In this document: one piece after another, positions 9,297 through 14,926 of the stretch
How positions within the stretch are numbered: position 1 is the first letter of the stretch
Layout of the letters: each line of letters starts with the position of its first letter
Assembly (NCBI RefSeq): GCF_006345805.1
Contig: NW_021825759.1
Location: 1 to 14,926, forward strand
Direction: 5' to 3'
Source: Octopus sinensis
Taxonomy: Eukaryota
DNA: 14,926 bases
Translations under genes and position numbers: made by a program
Notes under the pieces: model-generated
What the model saw: only the letters and a program-made list of their open reading frames with translations
The model's database searches: none
Told to the model about the DNA's origin: nothing

Positions 9297-9469
9297 CCGG
9301 AATCATTCTTGTTGCTTATTTTGATTATAATCACCCCGCGGATTTTTATGGATAACACCATACAGAATTCTGGTGCATCTAAATTAAGTACTATATTCAT
9401 TTGAATCTAAATTTTTGCTGAACTTATATATATATATGAAGAAAAAACTTACTTAGAAATGGATGCGTG

Positions 9470-9725
9470 CGTTCCGTCATATAATAATAAATTAATAAAG
9501 AAAACATATGCATATATACATACATATATGTACGTACCTACCTCTACATGAATATATACATGCATATATGGGTACAGGACACCAAAAACCGTCGAACACA
9601 ATGAGAAACGAAAACATAAACACAAAACCAAGGAAATGGAGATTTTTCTTAAACAACGAAAAAATAGAGTACAGGACATACAACACAAGGAAAATTCCCC
9701 TTCTTCAGTCGCCTGTGTTTCATCT
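9470..9725 (-). mobile_element. Unclassified repeat fragment, possibly Penelope-associated
   Basis: The minus strand begins GATGAAACACAGGCGACTGAAGAAGGGGAATTTTCCTT followed by a T-rich stretch and a (TA/TG) tract. It resembles an abundant octopus repeat from recall only. Confidence 0.3.
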
Positions 9726-9727
9726 AC

Positions 9728-10320
9728 TATTCACTAAAAATTGATAGATAAGCCACAACCCGATTAAATGGATGAGTTCATAGCTATTTAGTCCACTCAC
9801 ATAATTCTCTCTTCCTCCAAAACCTGTTATAAACTCCAAACTTCTTTCCAACTTCCCACAGGGTCTTCAAAGTAAAAACTTTATTAGTTTAACAATCTAA
9901 CTTTCACTAAACCATTCCTCCCTACAAACGGACACCCAGATACACATGAGGAGGTGTTAAACTGACCGAACATCTTTTAAATGCTATATTCTCACGTTCA
10001 TACCAACATAGTCCCTTTTCCTTTACAGCCTTTCATTTCCATCCTACGATTACCAAATATATATACAGATATATACACACACCTGTTGAATAGTTAAACT
10101 AACACACTAACTCCTGACTATATATATACCATCATTACAATTACACATACACTTATATTCCTTCATTCTCTATCTCTTCTTCTTTTCTTAGCTTTTTACT
10201 TTCACTTTCACTTCCCTATTATTGAACTCAACATATATTTATCTTCGGCATTCTTCTCTCTTATTAAAGTCAGGTATTTATTATCACTAGCAGTGAACTG
10301 GTCTTCATTATACTTGTACT
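9728..10320 (+). repeat. Copy A of an unclassified ~590-bp repeat
   Basis: Collinear with 11374-11920 and the reverse complement of 12461-13052. The strand label is arbitrary. Confidence 0.9.
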
Positions 10321-10329
10321 TTTATATGT

Positions 10330-10383
10330 GCGAGTCAATGTGTGCTTGTGTGTGTGGTGTGTGTGTGTGTGTGCGCGTGTGTG

Positions 10384-10430
<47 letters not shown>

Positions 10431-10568
10431 TTTTATTTGAGGGAATTGATAAAAGGTGTTTTTTCTAATTTATATAATATATATATATATATATATATAG
10501 ATATATATATTATCTATATATATATATATACATATATATGTGTGTGTGTATGTATGTATATATATATA
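10330..10568. repeat. (TG)n/(TA)n microsatellite
   Basis: Direct reading. Confidence 0.92.
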
Positions 10569-10574
10569 AGTGAA

Positions 10575-10735
10575 GGCGCGTGGCTTAGTGGTTAGGGCAT
10601 TCGGTTGGTTCACGATCGTAAAGTCGGGAGTTCAATTCCCCGTGACGCGTTTTGTCCTTGAGCAAGACACATTATTTCACGTTGCTCCAGTCCACTCAGC
10701 TAGCAAAAATGAGTTGTACCTGTATTTCGCAAGGT
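10575..10735 (+). mobile_element. tRNA-derived SINE (family C), head plus central domain
   Basis: GGCGCG-TGGCTTAGTGG (A box)...GAGTTCAATTCCC (B box)...TGTCCTTGAGCAAGACAC.TTATTTCACGTTGCTCCAGTCCACTCAGCT..CAAAAATGAGT. Homologous to 13256-13505. Confidence 0.85.
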
Positions 10736-10741
10736 CAGTCA

Positions 10742-10842
10742 GAAGACTTTAGTCGGTCCGGCGCTATAGTACAAGGCACTTGTCACGAAGTGGGACTGAA
10801 CCTGGAAACATGTGGTTGGGAAGAAAAAGCTTTTTAACCACA
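10742..10842 (-). mobile_element. Diverged family B SINE head
   Basis: GACTTTAGTCGG..CTATAGTA..GGGACTGAACC.GGAA.CATGTGGTTGG parallels 7611-7733. Confidence 0.75.
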
Positions 10843-10905
10843 TACATATATGTATATTGCAAAACGTGCATGCGTGTGTGTGTGTCTGTGTGAGTGTGTC
10901 TGTAC

Positions 10906-10960
<55 letters not shown>

Positions 10961-11077
10961 TGTGTACACGCTTAGCCAGCGGGGTGGCGTCATTTGAAGG
11001 CTAAAACAATGCGAAGCGCATTGTGACCAGTGATGTGTAACAACCTCTGATGGTCTGGTCGGTCACGCGTGATCACG

Positions 11078-11081
<4 letters not shown>

Positions 11082-11119
<38 letters not shown>

Positions 11120-11191
11120 TGCATATATATGTATGTATACATGCATACATACCTACGTACATATATATTTATACATACATACATACATACA

Positions 11192-11227
<36 letters not shown>

Positions 11228-11255
11228 TAGAAAGTATATGTGTGTGTGTGTGTGA
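11082..11255. repeat. (TA)n/(ACAT)n/(TG)n microsatellite
   Basis: Direct reading. Confidence 0.92.
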
Positions 11256-11373
11256 GAAGAAAATGAATCAGATACCTCCCTTAAATGAGGACACTTTGCG
11301 AAATTTTTTCAGAAATACATAAGATACACAATCATTGGACTAAACAGAGAAACATAATGCCATTTACTAAGAG

Positions 11374-11920
11374 TATTTACACTCGCACATTATTCTCTCT
11401 TCCTTTAACACCTGTTATAAACCCCAAACTTAATTTCACCAGTGTAAGGTCTTCAAATTAAAACCGTCAATTAGTTTATCAAATGAACTTTTACTAAGCT
11501 ATATCTAACAGTACATACATACGCATGCGCGCACACACACATACACACAAATGATGAATAGTTAAACTGACTGAACATCTTTTAAATGCTATATTCTCGC
11601 GTTCATACTAACTCAGTCCTTTTTTTCCTTTACAGCCTTTCATTTCTATCTTACGATTACCAAATGTATATACAAATATATACACACACCTGTTGAATAG
11701 TTAAACTAACACACTAACACCTGACTATATATACCATCATTACAATTACACATACACTTGTATTCCTTGTTTCTCTACCTCTTCTTCTTTTCTTAGCTTT
11801 TTACTTTCTCTTTCCTATTATTGAACTCAACATATATTTACCTTCGGCATTCTTCCCTATTATTAAAGTCAGGTACTTATTATCACAACCAGTTAACTGG
11901 TCTTCCCTATTCTTGTACGG
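11374..11920 (+). repeat. Copy B of the ~590-bp repeat (segment about 11490-11560 replaced by CA-rich sequence)
   Basis: TTCTCTCTTCC..CCTGTTATAAAC.CCAAACTT...ACCAGTTAACTGGTCTTCCCTATTCTTGTACGG aligns with copy A. Confidence 0.88.
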
Positions 11921-11929
11921 AGATCTCTC

Positions 11930-12085
11930 CATGTAAGTAGTAGGTAGTATGTATGTATGTATGTTGTATGTATGTATGTATGTATGTATGTATGTTGTAT
12001 GTAATGTATGTATTGACAGATGATATATAAGCATATATATATATGTATATATAATATATATAATATATATATTATATATATGTAT

Positions 12086-12117
<32 letters not shown>

Positions 12118-12401
12118 ATGTATATATTATATATATTATATATAATATTATATAATATATAATATAATATATAAGTAATTATATATATATATATAATATA
12201 TAATATATATATATATAATATATATATATATAATATATATATAATACACTCACTCACAACTATATGTACATATATATACCAATATATCATATCTTCTATA
12301 GTATATTATATAATATTATATATCGGATCTATCTATATACACACACATGTGCCCGTATACGCATACGTGCGTGCGTACGTACACACACACACACACACAC
12401 C

Positions 12402-12437
<36 letters not shown>

Positions 12438-12458
12438 GAGAGAAAGAAAGAGAGAGAA
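11930..12458. repeat. Low-complexity spacer: (TATG)n, degenerate (TA/TAA)n, (CA)n, (GA)n
   Basis: Direct reading. Confidence 0.9.
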
Positions 12459-12460
12459 CA

Positions 12461-13052
12461 CCGTACAAGAAATGGGAAGACCAGTTAACTGGTTGTGATA
12501 ATAAATACCTGACTTTGATAATAGAGAAGAATGCCGAAGTTAAATATATGTTGAGTCCAATAATAGGAAAGAGAAAGTGAAACTAAAAGGCTAAGAAACG
12601 AAGAAGAGATAGAGAAAGAAGGAATATAAGTGTAATTGTAATTGTAATGATGGTACATATAGTCCGGAGTTGGTGTGTTAGTTTAACTATTCAACAGGTG
12701 TGTATATATATCTGTATATATATTTGGTAATCGTAAGATAGAAATGAAAGGCTGTAAAGGAAAAGGGACTTTGTTAGTATGAACGCGAGAATATAGCATT
12801 TAAATTATGTTCAGTCAGTTTAACACCTCCTCATGTGAATCTGGGTGTGTTTTTGTAGTGAGGAATGGCTTAGTGAAAGTTAGATTGTTAAACTAATAAA
12901 GTTTTTACTTTGAAGACCCTGTGGGAAGTTGAAAAGAAGTTTGGAGTTTATAACAGGTGTTGGAGAAAGAGAGGATTATGTGAGTGGGCTAAATGACTAT
13001 GTACTTATCCATTTAATCGGGTTCTGGCTTATCTTTCAATTTCTAGTGAATA
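12461..13052 (-). repeat. Copy C of the ~590-bp repeat (inverted)
   Basis: CCGTACAAGA...GGCTTATCTTTCAATTTCTAGTGAATA is the reverse complement of copies A and B. The outer end matches 9728. Confidence 0.9.
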
Positions 13053-13255
13053 TTTTCCGAAGTGTCTTCATTTATGGTAGATATCTAATCTGACATTTAG
13101 ATATTCAAGAGATTAATTGTGCTTTTGAACAATAAAGTATTTTAAAAAAGAAATTATACGTAACCCAAAAGATTTTTTTCCCCAATTATGTCTTGCGTTT
13201 CGAGTGCCTTGAATTGTATGGCGAATACAGTTTATCTTTTTCAATGTTCTGAGGA

Positions 13256-13505
13256 GGCGCGTGGGTTAGTGGTTAGGGTTTCAGCATCATGATCGTAAGA
13301 TTGTGGTTTCGAATGCTGGACGGGCGTCGTGTTGTGTTCTTGAGCAAAACACTTCATTTCACGTTGCTGCAGTCCACTCAGCTGGCAAAAATGAGTAACA
13401 CTGCGATGGACTGGTGTCCCGTCCAGCTGGGGAACACATACACCATAGACACCGGGAAACCGAGCCCATGAACCTTGCTAGGCTTTAAAAAAGGCGCATT
13501 TATTT
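13256..13505 (+). mobile_element. tRNA-derived SINE (family C) with a different 3' half
   Basis: Same head and central domain as 10575-10735, then GCGATGGACTGG.GTCCCGTCCAGCTGGGGAACAC...AAAAGGCGCATTTATT. Confidence 0.82.
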
Positions 13506-13672
13506 TTTTAAATTTTTCAATGTTCTAACTTAACTACTTAATTTGTTTGCGTTATTATTTTCTCTTTTCCTAAATAGTGAAGTATTGTTGGTATACAGGT
13601 GTTTGAACTTGCTTTCCATTATACCGATATAGCATTTATACTTGCGGTATAGATTTAGTTTTCATTCCCGTT

Positions 13673-13833
13673 GGCGTGTGGCTGTGTGGTAAGTAGCTTG
13701 CTTACCAACCACCATGGTTCCAGGTTCAGTTCCACTGCGTGTCACCATGGGCAAGTGTCTTTTACTATAGCCTCGCGCCGACCAAAGCCTTGTCAGAGGA
13801 ATTGGTAGACGGAAACTGAAAGAGGCTCGACGT
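13673..13833 (+). mobile_element. Family B SINE head followed by its internal microsatellite (to about 13954)
   Basis: TGGCTGTGTGGTAAGTAGCTTGCTTACCAAC...GGTTCAGTTCC...GACGGAAACTGAAAGAGGCTCGACGTA. Confidence 0.85.
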
Positions 13834-13849
13834 ACATGTATGTATTATG

Positions 13850-13893
<44 letters not shown>

Positions 13894-13954
13894 TATATAA
13901 TATATATGTATGTATGTATGTATGTGTGTGTGTGTGTGTGTGCGTGCGTGTGTG

Positions 13955-14190
13955 GGTGGCGAGCTCGCAGAAACGTCAGCACGCCGGGCGAAATGCTTAG
14001 CGGTATTTCGTCTCCCGTTACGTTCTGAGTTCAAATTCCCCCGAGGTCGACTTTACCTTTCATCCTTTCGGGGTCGATAAATTAAGTACCAGTTACGCAC
14101 TGGGATCGATGTTATCGACTTAATCCGTTTGTCTGTCCTTGTTTGTCCCCTCTGTGTTTAGCCCCTTGAGGGTAGTAAAGAAATGGGTAT
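13955..14190 (+). mobile_element. Full-length family A SINE (same family as the 233-1337 array)
   Basis: Head GGTGGCGAGCTCGCAGAAACGTCAGCACGCCGGGCGAAATGCTTAGC, B-box-like GAGTTCAAATTCC, central domain and tail TAGCCCCTTGAGGGTAGTAAAGAAA. Confidence 0.9.
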
Positions 14191-14317
14191 TGGCTGTGTG
14201 GTAAGTAGCTTGCTTACCAACCACATGGTTCTGGGTTCAATCCCCCTGCGTGGCACCTTCTACTATACCTCGGGCCGACCACCCTTGTGAGTGGAAATTG
14301 AAAGAAGCCGTCGTATA

Positions 14318-14364
<47 letters not shown>

Positions 14365-14664
14365 ATATCTATGTATGTGTGTAATGTATGTATGTATGTA
14401 TGTATGTATGTATGTATGTATGTATGTATGTGTGTATGTATGTATGTATGTGTATATGCTTGTGTGTCTGTGTTTGTCCCCCCCGCATCGCTTGACAACC
14501 GATGCTGGTGTGTATACGTCCCCGTAACTTAGCGGTTCGGCAAAAGACACCAATAAAATAAGTACTAGGCTTACAATGAATAAGTCCTGGGGTAGATTTT
14601 GCTCGAGTAAAGGCGGTGCTCCAGCATGGCCGCAGTCAAATGATTGAAAAAAAGTAAAGAGAGT
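14191..14664 (+). mobile_element. Composite family B SINE (head with small deletions, microsatellite 14316-14460, tail)
   Basis: Collinear with the reverse complement of 7313-7733. Confidence 0.88.
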
Positions 14665-14707
14665 ATGCTGTTTGTGAAGGAGTGCCGAAAAGGGTATCCG
14701 CGAAAGG

Positions 14708-14801
14708 CTCGGTTGGAGGATCAACCTTCCCGGTGTTTTTTACAGGGTTTAGAAAAACTGAAGGACCGGTGCAATAAGTTTGTGAATCCGAGAGGGGAAT
14801 A
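14708..14801 (+). mobile_element. C-terminal fragment of a second mariner-family transposase
   Basis: Translates RLEDQPSRCFLQGLEKLKDRCNKFVNPRGEY, matching the mariner C-terminal pattern W..Q...F...G..KL..RW.KC....G.Y. Confidence 0.65.
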
Positions 14802-14926
14802 TCTTTATATATAAAAGTGAAGTTGTGTGTCTGTCTCCTACGATTTAGATTCCTAACTACTCCCACATTTTGGCGGTGCAGTTTAGCCAAAACCGGGTAT
14901 CTTTAGTCGTGATTCATATCGAACCC
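14802..14926 (+). mobile_element. Probable Helitron-type element 5' end
   Basis: Starts with TC after a host A (A|TCTTTATATATAAAAGTGAAGTTGTGTGTCTGTCT), a typical Helitron 5' pattern. It interrupts the mariner codons. The 3' end lies outside the window. Confidence 0.55.

Larger units (their letters stand above)
8938..9329. repeat. Inverted repeat: arms 8938-9084 and 9180-9329, 95-bp spacer; probable Penelope-like/retrozyme terminal sequence
   Basis: TATAATCAAAATAAGCAACAAGA...CCATTAATACAAAA is mirrored by TTTTGTATTAATGG...TCTTGTTGCTTATTTTGATTATA. The left arm abuts (TA)n at about 8917-8940. The PLE assignment is inferred from the hammerheads. Confidence 0.9.

Noticed and set aside
9686-9727. 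Minus-strand CUGAAGA followed by a small AGGGG/UUCCU hairpin as a third hammerhead
   Set aside because: No GAAA follows stem II, and the upstream GAAAC is too close for a type II fold. At most a degenerate remnant.
10575-10650. tRNA genes here and at 13256, 13673 and 7660-7733
   Set aside because: A and B boxes are present, but there is no complete cloverleaf and each continues into SINE body sequence.
10971-11081. GC-richer island ending in palindromic TCACGCGTGA/TCACGTGA
   Set aside because: Probably another repeat fragment, but it is single-copy here and cannot be classified from this window.
11551-11574. ATGATGA...CTGA as a C/D-box snoRNA
   Set aside because: The boxes are only about 10 nt apart, there is no terminal stem, and the C-like box is absent from copies A and C.
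12461-12580. Reading frame PYKKWEDQLTGCDNKYLTLII...GKRK open in copies B and C
   Set aside because: Short and without a recognisable motif; shared openness is explained by recent duplication.
13249-13255. CTGAGGA on the plus strand as a hammerhead core
   Set aside because: It overlaps the start of a SINE head, with no stem II or GAAA.

Overview
Repeat-saturated, AT- and microsatellite-rich eukaryotic non-coding DNA. The SINE families look like those of octopus (coleoid cephalopods); this is recognition from memory, not a database result. No intact host gene can be supported, and most long ORFs are microsatellite translations. The window holds a six-unit head-to-tail SINE array (233-1337), a frameshifted 5'-truncated Tx1/L1-clade LINE between (ATCT)n tracts (1807-2860), three mariner remnants, several tRNA-derived SINEs, a probable Helitron 5' end and three separate inverted duplications. 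The most notable element is a ~150-bp inverted repeat (8938-9084 / 9180-9329) in which each arm carries a type I hammerhead ribozyme core. The fold has CUGAUGA, an unusually long (~25 bp) stem II, GAAA, a palindromic stem III (ACGAUCGU) and a GUA cleavage site, as in Penelope-like-element/retrozyme hammerheads. Also notable, the last 33 nt of the Tx1 LINE match the tail of the tandem-array SINE at 26/33, suggesting a SINE-Tx1 partnership.
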